Positions 9,168 to 17,407 of a stretch of 64,000 nucleotides of DNA are shown here, piece after piece. Origin of the DNA: a virus. The first letter of the stretch is position 1. Each line of letters opens with the position of its first letter. Under the pieces are notes generated by a model that was given only the letters and a program-made list of their open reading frames with translations, was not told the DNA's origin and ran no database searches. Location: the IMG/VR virus record IMGVR_UViG_3300005537_000022, positions 1 through 64,000 of that record; one strand, written 5' to 3'. The position numbers and the translations under genes were made by a program.

Positions 9168-9679
9168 GCGACCTCTACGGCCTCGACGACGACTGGCGTG
9201 AGGACGACGACGAGGACCGGGAGCCGGACGACGACTGGTACGACGACGATGATTACCGGGAGCCGGACCCCGAGGACGGCGATATTGCCAGGGCGTACGA
9301 GGAGCATTACGAGCACCTCGACACGGTCCACGGCGGCGGAGAGTGCGACTGCCGGCCCTCCCTGGCCGACCGCCTGTCCCGGCGGGCAGAGGACGCGGCG
9401 TACTGGCTGCGAGGCATCCGCAACCGGATGGCCGCCGCCACCCGGAGGCCGTGCACGCTGCGGCTCGGCCCGGCCGAGATCACCGTCCGCCTGAGCGCCG
9501 GCCGGGCATGCGGTGCCTGCGGCGGCAGGGGATGGTCCTACGGCCTCGACCGCAGCCGTCCCGACGAGAGGCCGCCCGGTTACAACACGGTGTCCCTGTG
9601 CGGGTGCGGGGCCGCGATCGGGCAACTCGCCGAAACGCGCCGCTACCTGCGGAGCACCGACAAGGCACCACCCTTCTAG
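9164..9679 (+). CDS. hypothetical protein, acidic N-terminus and CxxCxGxG Zn finger
   Basis: GTGA coupling; CGACGGRG..CGC. Confidence 0.65.
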   Translation: MSDLYGLDDDWREDDDEDREPDDDWYDDDDYREPDPEDGDIARAYEEHYEHLDTVHGGGECDCRPSLADRLSRRAEDAAYWLRGIRNRMAAATRRPCTLRLGPAEITVRLSAGRACGACGGRGWSYGLDRSRPDERPPGYNTVSLCGCGAAIGQLAETRRYLRSTDKAPPF

Positions 9680-9700
9680 CCACCACGAGAGGACAACGCA

Positions 9701-10231
9701 ATGGGATTCCCGATCGGGGCAAGGTTCGCCCATCCGGACGCCGGATGGAAAACGGACCAGCAACTCGCCGCGAGGCACCTGAAGCCCGGCCAGGTGTACG
9801 TGGTGCTCCGGCTTGAGGTGGGCCAGTCAGGCAGCACCCTGTACCTCAACGAGCCCGGCCTTCGTTACACCGCGTTCAACTCGGTCATGTTCGAGCCGGC
9901 CGCGCTGCCCGGCTTCGAGGACGACGAGGCGGAGGACGGCGAGCCTGGCATGTCCACGGCGGGCGACCTGGCCGACTACCTCGCCGCCCAGCCGAGGGAC
10001 CGCAAGGTGATCCTCCGCAAGGACGCCGAGGGCGACGGGCACTCTCCCCTCGCTGATGCCTGGGAAGCCCTGTACGTGGCCGACAGCACTCATTCCGGCG
10101 AGGTCTACCCGACCCCGGAGGACGTCGCCCTGTGGGTGGCGGCAGGTTCGTGGAGCGAGGCGGACGCGGCCGACCGGTACGAGCCGGGCGACGCCGCCGA
10201 GCGCGTCATCGTGCTGGGACCGGTGAACTGA
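9701..10231 (+). CDS. hypothetical two-module protein
   Basis: GAGGA RBS; second half (MSTAGDLADYL...VILRKDAEG) resembles a stand-alone phage protein. Confidence 0.65.
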   Translation: MGFPIGARFAHPDAGWKTDQQLAARHLKPGQVYVVLRLEVGQSGSTLYLNEPGLRYTAFNSVMFEPAALPGFEDDEAEDGEPGMSTAGDLADYLAAQPRDRKVILRKDAEGDGHSPLADAWEALYVADSTHSGEVYPTPEDVALWVAAGSWSEADAADRYEPGDAAERVIVLGPVN

Positions 10232-10572
10232 TGGCTGACTTCGGCGAGCTTGTGGCCGCGCTCCGCTCTTGGACCAGGAACCACGACCCGCACGTCCGGG
10301 CCGCTGTCGAACTGCTGATTACGCACGGGCACTGGCTGCGCCGCGAGGACTTCACCAGTGAGTGCGTGCGCCAGGTCGGCGGCGTCACGGTGATCGACTG
10401 GAACCATGCCGCCGGACCCTGGTACGCGTCCTCGTCCGAGGTCGCGATGCTTGACCTGGCGGTCGCGATCGGCTCCGACAGGTACCGGCTGTCCCGCATG
10501 GACGACGAGAACGCAGGGGCGATCGTGAAGGCGTTCGCCGCCGCGCTTGCCGTGGGGGCCCGCCGTGGCTGA
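10231..10572 (+). CDS. hypothetical protein
   Basis: TGATG coupling. Confidence 0.65.
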   Translation: MADFGELVAALRSWTRNHDPHVRAAVELLITHGHWLRREDFTSECVRQVGGVTVIDWNHAAGPWYASSSEVAMLDLAVAIGSDRYRLSRMDDENAGAIVKAFAAALAVGARRG

Positions 10573-11077
10573 CCGTCCCCTGATGCTGGTCGACGTTGAC
10601 GGCGTGCTGAACGTGATCACATCCGCGAAAGAGCGCCGCCGCCTGTGCCACTACGAGGGATGGCGGCAGAAGCGAGTGGACGCGGGCGGCCTCTCGTACC
10701 GGCTGACGGTCAACCCGGCGCACGGCCCGATGCTCCTGCGCCTGGCGGCGGAGACGGGTTCGGAACTCGCCTGGGGAACGACCTGGGAAGAGTACGCCAA
10801 CCTGTGCGTCGGCCCGCTGGTCGGCCTGCCAGAGCTGCCTGTCTGCCCGGTGGTGAGGTTCCCGCACAAGGCGGACGGGATCGTCCCGTGGACCGGAGGC
10901 CGGCCGTTCGTGTGGTTCGACGACGAGCCTGACGCCGCCGAGGTCACGGCACGGCTGGCGGGCGCGCAGGCGCATCTCGTGGTGGCCGTGGACGAGCGGG
11001 AAGGGCTGGCCGGGCGGCACATCGACGCTGCCCGCGAATGGCTTCTCGCGCTGACGCCGGAGGCTGGCCGTGGCTGA
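10565..11077 (+). CDS. HAD-superfamily phosphatase (HAD_SAK_2-like)
   Basis: LVDVDGVLN motif I, W.TTW, K, FVWFDD motif IV. Confidence 0.85.
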   Translation: MADRPLMLVDVDGVLNVITSAKERRRLCHYEGWRQKRVDAGGLSYRLTVNPAHGPMLLRLAAETGSELAWGTTWEEYANLCVGPLVGLPELPVCPVVRFPHKADGIVPWTGGRPFVWFDDEPDAAEVTARLAGAQAHLVVAVDEREGLAGRHIDAAREWLLALTPEAGRG

Positions 11078-11408
11078 CGAACCGCTCACCCTGCTCCAGG
11101 CCGCGCTCCTTGAAGCGGTCAGGCCGACCCCGGCCGGGCGGCCTCCGCGACGCCACGCCCCGGACCCGCTGGCCGCCCACGGCTGCCTCCACGCCGCCGT
11201 GCTGGTCACTCCGCGCGGGGAGCGGGTCTGGTACCCGTGCCGCAGCCACGACGGAGGACACCACCGCTTCGCCGCGCACTGGCCGCCGTGCCCCGCCCCG
11301 TGGTGCAGGCTCCCGGCCGGCCATGCCGCGGAGGGAACCATGCACGACATCCCGCCGGGAACCGTCGAGTACCACGACGAGACAGGAGTGACAGGCCATG
11401 TGCGGTGA
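11070..11408 (+). CDS. Cys/His-rich hypothetical protein
   Basis: repeated C..x.H.G.H motifs; coupled. Confidence 0.55.
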   Translation: MADEPLTLLQAALLEAVRPTPAGRPPRRHAPDPLAAHGCLHAAVLVTPRGERVWYPCRSHDGGHHRFAAHWPPCPAPWCRLPAGHAAEGTMHDIPPGTVEYHDETGVTGHVR

Positions 11409-11886
11409 GTGCGATATCGGCTCCGGCCGGTTCGCGGACATCGGGGCGGTCATGGACCAGGTGCGCGCGAACGTCCGCCGTCACGGCTGGCATGCCACCG
11501 CCGTGACGGAAATGCCCCCCTGGGCTTACACGACCGGCCTGGCCGGAACGTACGGCCATCCGGAACTGCTGGTCGCCGGCCTGGACCCGGGCACCGCGCA
11601 CGGCCTGCTCAGCGCGGCGGCGCGCCTGATCAAGGACGGGCGGCGCCTTGAGCCCGGCGCGGACATCACCCGCGTCGCCCGGGGCTTCCCGGTCCGGGTG
11701 GCCGACGTCTACCGGGGTTCGTGCCGCCTGTCGTTCGGGGTGGCGGACCGCTACTACGGCAGGCCGGTCCCGGTCCGCCAGATCCTCTGGCCCGACCCGG
11801 CCGGCCGGTTCCCGGGCGAGCCCGGCTGCGACCCGGAGATGGCGGCCGTGCAGGACACCGGAAGGGGAGACCGCAATGGCGGCTGA
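11398..11886 (+). CDS. DUF4262 family protein
   Basis: HGW..V...WAYTTGL...GHPELLVAGL...QILWPDPAGRFP. Confidence 0.85.
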   Translation: MCGECDIGSGRFADIGAVMDQVRANVRRHGWHATAVTEMPPWAYTTGLAGTYGHPELLVAGLDPGTAHGLLSAAARLIKDGRRLEPGADITRVARGFPVRVADVYRGSCRLSFGVADRYYGRPVPVRQILWPDPAGRFPGEPGCDPEMAAVQDTGRGDRNGG

Positions 11887-12286
11887 CGACCCGGTCTCGG
11901 CCGTCCTGGCGGAGATCCGCGACCGCAACGAGGCGTGGATCAAGAAGGCGCGGTTCACCGAGTGGACGGTGTCCCGCCAGGGCGAGGGGGATATCCGCCG
12001 CCTGCTGGCCGCTCTTGACGCGGTCCTGAAACGCCACCGGCCCGTCCAGCTCTACGGCATGGCGGAGGACTTCTCCGGCCGCCCGGCGTGCGCTCACGGC
12101 CCGGACTACGACGGGGACGCGCATTACGAGGGCGACGACGGGATCTGGTACTGCATGGGCGAGCCGACCGTTGTCGTGTGCGGTTCCTGTGCCGACCAGA
12201 GTGACAGCGACGCGTGGGTGTGGCCGTGCCCGACCTATGAGGACATCGCCGGGGCACTGGCCGGGAAGGGGAACGACGGTGGCTGA
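11876..12286 (+). CDS. hypothetical protein (C..C...WPCPT motif)
   Basis: RBS AAGGGG; common phage WPCxT Zn motif. Confidence 0.65.
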   Translation: MAADDPVSAVLAEIRDRNEAWIKKARFTEWTVSRQGEGDIRRLLAALDAVLKRHRPVQLYGMAEDFSGRPACAHGPDYDGDAHYEGDDGIWYCMGEPTVVVCGSCADQSDSDAWVWPCPTYEDIAGALAGKGNDGG

Positions 12287-12599
12287 GGGCGGCACCGGGA
12301 CCGCCCCGTGCTTCCTTGACCTCCAGTGGCACGGCTACTGGGGAGACAAGCCGTCCGGCGTTGCCTGCGGTGAGCCGTCGTCCGCCGCAGTCGGCCTTGC
12401 CTGCGTTCACGAGCATGTCGACGGGGGCCGCATCTGCGCCGGGTGCGCCGCGGATGTCCAGCAGGCAGCCGGGACGCTCACCTGCCCGCGCTGCTGGAAC
12501 AGCCAGGAGCGTCATGCCTGCTACTGCCTGGTCGTCATCTACTGGGATGGCGGCGGGAAGACAATCGTCCAGGGGAAGACGGGAGGCGCCGGTGCCTGA
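12279..12599 (+). CDS. Cys-rich Zn-binding hypothetical protein
   Basis: CVHEH, CAGC, CPRC. Confidence 0.6.
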   Translation: MAEGGTGTAPCFLDLQWHGYWGDKPSGVACGEPSSAAVGLACVHEHVDGGRICAGCAADVQQAAGTLTCPRCWNSQERHACYCLVVIYWDGGGKTIVQGKTGGAGA

Positions 12600-12906
12600 A
12601 CCAGCGACCGGGGAGGCAATGCCCGACAACGGCCCGTACGACAGCGACCGCCAGGCGCACGCCGCCGCCGTGGCCGCGATCCCGCCCGAAGGCGGATGGA
12701 GCATCCTGCGACGGGACCAGAACCGGGAACTCCTCGCCCGCGCACTCGAATCCGCGGGCGTCGAGCGCGGCCGGTACGACGACCGGGTCATCGAATGGCT
12801 GTCCGGGTACGGGGACGCGGTCTGCGCCGTGGTGGCCGGGCTGATCGCCCGTGCCCATGAGGCGGGGAAGGCCGCCGCCCCGGCCGGCGCGGAGGAGAGC
12901 CCGTGA
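12592..12906 (+). CDS. hypothetical protein
   Basis: GVERGRYDDRVIEWL..AVVAGLIARA motif seen in actinobacterial MGEs; alternative start 12619. Confidence 0.65.
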   Translation: MPEPATGEAMPDNGPYDSDRQAHAAAVAAIPPEGGWSILRRDQNRELLARALESAGVERGRYDDRVIEWLSGYGDAVCAVVAGLIARAHEAGKAAAPAGAEESP

Positions 12907-13235
12907 TCGCGGTCCTGAACTGGGCGCTGGCCCACTGGTTCCTGATCTTCCTGCTGTTGGGCGTCTTCGGGGGCGTCCGCGACTTCTTCGTCGGCGCCTG
13001 GAAAGAGGTCGCCGGCGTCCGGCACAAGCGCCGCATGAAAGAGCTGCGGGCGCAGGAGCGGATCGCCCGCGCAGCCCGGCAGGCGGCACCAGCCGGGCTG
13101 CCGAAGCCAGGGCCGTGCGTTCACCGCAACGTCGCCGCCGTGGTCTCGAAAGCCGACGAGGTCGTGGGATGGCTCTGCAGGACGTGCGACACCCAGCTTC
13201 CCGCCGACTGGGCAGTGAGAGAGGAAGACCTGTGA
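12903..13235 (+). CDS. membrane-anchored protein with C-terminal Zn ribbon
   Basis: N-terminal hydrophobic helix; CVH..CRTC. Confidence 0.7.
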   Translation: MIAVLNWALAHWFLIFLLLGVFGGVRDFFVGAWKEVAGVRHKRRMKELRAQERIARAARQAAPAGLPKPGPCVHRNVAAVVSKADEVVGWLCRTCDTQLPADWAVREEDL

Positions 13236-13882
13236 GGTTCAAGATCCGCCCGATCGGCCTGTGGACCGACCCGGAAACCCCGGACCGCCGGTCGTCGGGC
13301 GTGTTCCGTGCCACGTGGGACTCCACGCTGGACCTGCTGGGCCGCGAGGCCGAGAGCCTCGGGGCCGGCCTGGTCGTCGTCCAGGTCGACGTGCGGGAGG
13401 TCGACCTGCGCCTTGACGGCACCCTGAAGGCGCGGGCGAGCGTCAGCCATCCCGGCGTCGCCGTGTCGTTCGAGTCGGAGTACGGCCCGCTGCGGTACGC
13501 GACCGACCAGTACGAGCAGCAGTGGCGGGGGGCGATGCCCGGATGGCAGGCGAACGTGCGTGCCATCGCGCTCGCCCTCGGGGCGCTCCGCGCGGTCGAC
13601 CGCTACGGGGTCACCAGGCGCGGCGAGCAGTACCGCGGGTGGACGGCCATCCCGTCCGCGCCGCCGGGGCGCGGCCCGTTCACCGGGCGGGACGACGCCG
13701 AGGCGTGGATGATCCTGTGCGCCACGGAGTGCGGCATCGGAACCTGGGATGACTGGGAAGCCCTCTATAAGGCGCTGGCCAAGCGGATGCATCCCGACAC
13801 GGCCACCGGAAACCCGGACCTGTGGGAACGGCTCGACGCCGCCGCGACGCTGCTCGGGGCGAGAGGAGGCCCCCGTGCCTGA
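13232..13882 (+). CDS. J-domain (DnaJ-like) phage protein
   Basis: C-terminal YKALAKRMHPD; NVRAIAL.L.ALRAVDRYG conserved block. Confidence 0.8.
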   Translation: MRFKIRPIGLWTDPETPDRRSSGVFRATWDSTLDLLGREAESLGAGLVVVQVDVREVDLRLDGTLKARASVSHPGVAVSFESEYGPLRYATDQYEQQWRGAMPGWQANVRAIALALGALRAVDRYGVTRRGEQYRGWTAIPSAPPGRGPFTGRDDAEAWMILCATECGIGTWDDWEALYKALAKRMHPDTATGNPDLWERLDAAATLLGARGGPRA

Positions 13883-14234
13883 CATCCCGATGACCGGCCT
13901 GGCAGCGGTCCCGTGGCGTACCGGCCGCACCCTGGGCCGTACCCTCTACGCCCGTACGGGCGGGGACGACTGGAAGGCCGACACCGCGATCGGCATGCTC
14001 GACACGCCGGAGCTCGCGGCAGAAGCATGCGCGGCGCACAACGCGGTGCTCAGCCTAGAGCAGCTCGCCGCCGCCGGGTACGACGTCTGCACCGGCACCT
14101 GCAAGGGACCAGGCCAATCGGGGATGTACGCGTCCCTTGAGCACCTGGGACTTGACGAGCCGGAGGAGTTCTACGGGCAGACCGTAGCCGAGGCGCTGGC
14201 GAAGGCCCGTGAGTGGGCGGAGGGGAAGCCGTGA
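13875..14234 (+). CDS. hypothetical protein
   Basis: WRTGRTLGRTLY..IGMLDTPELA motif; AGGAGG RBS. Confidence 0.65.
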   Translation: MPDIPMTGLAAVPWRTGRTLGRTLYARTGGDDWKADTAIGMLDTPELAAEACAAHNAVLSLEQLAAAGYDVCTGTCKGPGQSGMYASLEHLGLDEPEEFYGQTVAEALAKAREWAEGKP

Positions 14235-14500
14235 TCTGGCAGATGATCTTCGGCGCCCTCGGGGGCGTCGCCTTCGTCGCCTTCGTCGGCGGCGGCGCCG
14301 CCGCGCTCTTGCTCGGGGCGCCAGGCCGGCGGCCGGGAGCGCCGGAACCGCCGCGCGCCGCCGCCCCGGCCACGCTGCACCCCCTGGAAGGGGTGCGGCT
14401 CGGGCTGCTGCTGAGCTTCCCTGACGGGGAGCCCTGCGAGGATGATTACCTCGCCCGCGAGCCGCCGCGGGAACGTAAAGAGACAGGAGACGCCAAGTGA
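14231..14500 (+). CDS. small membrane protein
   Basis: N-terminal TM helix; GTGA coupling. Confidence 0.55.
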   Translation: MIWQMIFGALGGVAFVAFVGGGAAALLLGAPGRRPGAPEPPRAAAPATLHPLEGVRLGLLLSFPDGEPCEDDYLAREPPRERKETGDAK

Positions 14501-15162
14501 CCCAGTCCGGTTACCGGCACCGCATCATCGTCATGGACAGGTCCGGCAGCATCGCGAACATCCTCCTAGGGCAGCAGGGCGGCCTGGAAGAGTTCTTCTC
14601 CAGCGAAGGCGCCGTCGCCGCAGGACACCCCTCGGGCAAGGCCACCTACTCGCTGTGGGACTTCGACGACGCGATCCGCTGCGTGCACTCGCTCGCCCCG
14701 CTTGACGCAGTACGGGGCTATGTCATCGAACCGCGCGGCATGACCGCCATGTACGATGCCGTCGGCGACGCGGTGACCGCCGAAGGGGAGAAGCTCGCCG
14801 CCCTCCCCGAAGACCAGCGGCCCGAGGACGTGACCGTCATCATTGCCAGCGACGGCCTGGAGAACTCCTCCCGGCGCCGCGCCGGCCACGAGGTCAAGGC
14901 CATGCTGGACCACCAGCAGGACGCCTACGGCTGGCGGGTCATCTACATGGGCACCGGCCAGGACGCGTTCGCCGAGGGCGCGAAGATGGGCGCACGCGGG
15001 AACCTGACGCTGAACTACGTGAACACGAACACGGGATCGGCGAACACGTGGGCCGCCGCGTCGGCGATGCTCTCCCGCGCGCCCGTCGCCATGGCAACCC
15101 CGGCCGGCTACGAGTTCACCGAGGGCGAGCGGGATCTCGCCGAGTCCGGCGGCACGGACTAG
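14497..15162 (+). CDS. vWA domain protein
   Basis: MDRSGS, PRGMTAMYDA, IASDGLENSS MIDAS motifs. Confidence 0.85.
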   Translation: MTQSGYRHRIIVMDRSGSIANILLGQQGGLEEFFSSEGAVAAGHPSGKATYSLWDFDDAIRCVHSLAPLDAVRGYVIEPRGMTAMYDAVGDAVTAEGEKLAALPEDQRPEDVTVIIASDGLENSSRRRAGHEVKAMLDHQQDAYGWRVIYMGTGQDAFAEGAKMGARGNLTLNYVNTNTGSANTWAAASAMLSRAPVAMATPAGYEFTEGERDLAESGGTD

Positions 15163-15181
15163 CTGAACGCATCATCGCCTC

Positions 15182-15457
15182 ATGCCGCCCCGCGACCCGA
15201 GGCTCTGCCCCGCGCTCGAACGCGCCCTCCCCGCCGGCGACGTCCCCGGCGGGGAGTACCGGCCCGTCCGCGAGCCCTGCCTCGTCATGTTCGGCGACGG
15301 CCAGTGGCACCAGGTGACCGTCAGGGCGCGCAGGAAAGACCGGCTGGGACGCGACATCATCGACATCGAATGGCACGCGGCCTGGTCGACGTGGAACGAA
15401 AGCTACGTCGCCACGCCGGAACTCATGAGGGAGCCCCCCGGGCCGGACGGCCCCTGA
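15182..15457 (+). CDS. hypothetical protein (SH3-like beta fold possible)
   Basis: ORF with CATCAT -10-like hexamer 6 nt upstream of ATG. Confidence 0.55.
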   Translation: MPPRDPRLCPALERALPAGDVPGGEYRPVREPCLVMFGDGQWHQVTVRARRKDRLGRDIIDIEWHAAWSTWNESYVATPELMREPPGPDGP

Positions 15458-15466
15458 CGGCGGTCC

Positions 15467-15601
15467 TCAGATCGAGGACTGGAAGCAGGCCGGCTTTTCC
15501 GGCGCGTGCTCCGGGGCGAGCACATGGACGGGAACCGCGGCGAGCTCCGCGAGCGGGACGTCACGGAGATCGCGGATCGATGAGACTGCGCTACCGGTCA
15601 T
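15467..15601 (-). CDS. FxSxx-COOH (FxsA-type) RiPP precursor-like peptide, 44 aa
   Basis: MTGSAVSSIRDLRDVPLAELAAVPVHVLAPEHAPEKPACFQSSI*: DLxxVPLxEL leader motif and terminal FQSSI; TAGCAT -10 7 nt before ATG. Confidence 0.8.
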   Translation of the reverse strand: MTGSAVSSIRDLRDVPLAELAAVPVHVLAPEHAPEKPACFQSSI

Positions 15602-15647
15602 GCGGCTGATGCTAGCGGGCGGCGCGCTCCCCCGGCGGCACTCTCCG

Positions 15648-15667
15648 GCACGCACGGCGCACGCACG
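15648..15667 (+). repeat. left pair of putative integrase arm-type sites
   Basis: GCACGCACG at 15648 and 15659 (11-bp period). Confidence 0.7.
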
Positions 15668-15680
15668 GAGATCCCGGTTC

Positions 15681-15706
15681 ATCCCGTCGCATCCCGTCGC
15701 ATCCCG
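15681..15706 (+). repeat. 10-bp tandem repeat in attP arm (possible Xis/RDF sites)
   Basis: ATCCCGTCGC x2 plus ATCCCG. Confidence 0.5.
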
Positions 15707-15776
15707 GCAACCCGATCCGGCCGTGAGCAGCCAGGACGCCTGCCGCCGTCGCATCGCGGTGGGTCCCGGCAGGGAA

Positions 15777-15844
15777 GGCGCCGCACTGCTAATGCGGTTA
15801 GGGTCTACAGCCCTTCCGGGGTTCAAATCCCCGAGCCTCCGCCA
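15777..15844 (+). other. attP core: 3' portion of tRNA-Ser(GCT)
   Basis: anticodon arm CCGCA-CTGCTAA-TGCGG, long variable arm, T arm CGGGG-TTCAAAT-CCCCG, AGCCTCC-GCCA end; 5' acceptor strand and D arm absent; adjacent to integrase. Confidence 0.9.
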
Positions 15845-15915
15845 GTTCCAGCGGGATTTCCGAATACCCGGCCCGTTCCGTGCGGCTGCCCGTTCTGTCC
15901 CTGTTTGACGGCCGG

Positions 15916-15935
15916 GCACGCACGAAGCACGCACG
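15916..15935 (+). repeat. right pair of putative integrase arm-type sites
   Basis: GCACGCACG at 15916 and 15927 (11-bp period). Confidence 0.7.
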
Positions 15936-15943
15936 CGCATGTT

Positions 15944-17407
15944 TCAGCGGCCCTCCCCGGCACCCGCGGGGCGCGCCCTCCGGGGGACGATCGCCGCGGC
16001 GCGCTCCGCCGCGGCGGCGGCCACTTCCGGGAACACGGTCACGTACACGGCGTCGGTGAACGACGTCCGGGAATGGCCGAGTATGGCCGAGATCACCCGC
16101 GTGTCCTCGCCAGCGGCCTTCAGCAGCGACGCCGTCCCGTGGCGCAGGTCGTGGAACCTCACCGGCGGCAGGCCGGACCTGAAGGCGAGGATCTCGAACC
16201 GCACCGAGGTCCACTGCGCCGGAACCTCCGACCCGTCCTCCCGCGTGAACACCAGGTCGGTGTCGGGCCAGTCGCGGCCCCACGCGAGACGGTCGGCCGC
16301 CTGGGCCTTCCGCCACGCGCGCAGCGCCGCCAGGGCCGGGCCGGGGATCGGGACCGCGCGGACGGACGTCTCCGACTTCGGCCCGCTGCCGCTGCCGGTC
16401 TTCCGCACCCAGATGACGCCCTGGTCAAGGTCGGCCTCGGCCCACGTGAGCCCGAGGATCTCATCCCGGCGCAGGCCGCAGTACACGGCGACGGCGAACA
16501 GGACGGCGAGCCGCTCGCGTTTCTCGTCGAGGTAGTCGAGGAACCGCCCGGCGTGCCAGGGCATCCACACCATGACCGGGCAGGGCCGCAGCGCGGGGGC
16601 CGCCCAGGCGTCCTGCCGCTCGACCGAGGACAGGGAGCGGCCCGCCTCCCATTCCGCGGCGGCCATGTGCTTCGCGAGCTCCCTGCGGAACTTCGCTTCC
16701 CGCGCGGGGGTCCACGCCAGGGGCTTCACCATGTCCGCGTGCGGGAGCTCGACCCCCGTGCACGGGCTGAGGGGGATCTTCTTGGTCGCCGCGGCCGCCT
16801 TCATCGCGGTCCTGAACGGGGCGAGCATCCGCTCGACGCGGGCCGGGGACAGCGGCCTGGTCGACTTCTTCCTCCGCGCCTCGCCCTCGGGCAGGTTCCG
16901 CCGCGCGTCGTCGGCCCGGGCCGCAGTCATGCGCAGCAGCATCTCCGACGGCTTCTCCCCGGCCGGGAGGGGCCGGTTGACCCGCAGCATCTCGGTGATC
17001 ACCTGGGACACCTGGTCGTCGCGGACGTCGGCCAGGCGCAGCTTCCCCAGGGCGGGCTTCCAGTACAGGCGGAACGCCTCTTCGTAGCTTTCGCGCGTCC
17101 GCGGCTTGAGGTTCCGCTTCCCTGCCAGCCAGGTGTCCAGGTAGGCCGCCACGCGCAGGGACCTGTCGGCCTGGCGCCGGCCGCCGCCGCTGCGCGCGAT
17201 CGCCTCGGCGAGGTCGTCCTCGGCTTCCTTCTTCGTGTCGAACGGGCCGAGGACCGGCTGCCTGCGCTCTTCTGTCATGGAGTCGTAGCGGGCGTACCAC
17301 TTCCCGTGCTTCGGGGACTTCAGCTTCGGGCAGGGGGACGACTTGGGGTACCGCCTCCGCGTTTCCGGGTTCCGGCACCAGCACTGCCGGTAGACGCTGC
17401 CCCTCAC
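15944..17407 (-). CDS. int: tyrosine integrase
   Basis: GLRRDE, PKS, FHDLRH, LGHS, catalytic Y (DAVY); GTG overlaps repressor stop. Confidence 0.95.
   Translation of the reverse strand: MRGSVYRQCWCRNPETRRRYPKSSPCPKLKSPKHGKWYARYDSMTEERRQPVLGPFDTKKEAEDDLAEAIARSGGGRRQADRSLRVAAYLDTWLAGKRNLKPRTRESYEEAFRLYWKPALGKLRLADVRDDQVSQVITEMLRVNRPLPAGEKPSEMLLRMTAARADDARRNLPEGEARRKKSTRPLSPARVERMLAPFRTAMKAAAATKKIPLSPCTGVELPHADMVKPLAWTPAREAKFRRELAKHMAAAEWEAGRSLSSVERQDAWAAPALRPCPVMVWMPWHAGRFLDYLDEKRERLAVLFAVAVYCGLRRDEILGLTWAEADLDQGVIWVRKTGSGSGPKSETSVRAVPIPGPALAALRAWRKAQAADRLAWGRDWPDTDLVFTREDGSEVPAQWTSVRFEILAFRSGLPPVRFHDLRHGTASLLKAAGEDTRVISAILGHSRTSFTDAVYVTVFPEVAAAAAERAAAIVPRRARPAGAGEGR

Noticed and set aside
1-15457. 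Host chromosome flanking an integrated prophage
   Set aside because: Small coupled hypothetical genes typical of phage, no housekeeping genes, and arm repeats on both sides of the core.
15777-15844. Functional phage tRNA-Ser gene
   Set aside because: No 5' GGAGGCT acceptor strand or D arm upstream; it is an att core.
15467-15940. 157-aa ORF across attP
   Set aside because: Most of it is antisense to the tRNA fragment and arm repeats; only the last 44 codons look like a gene.
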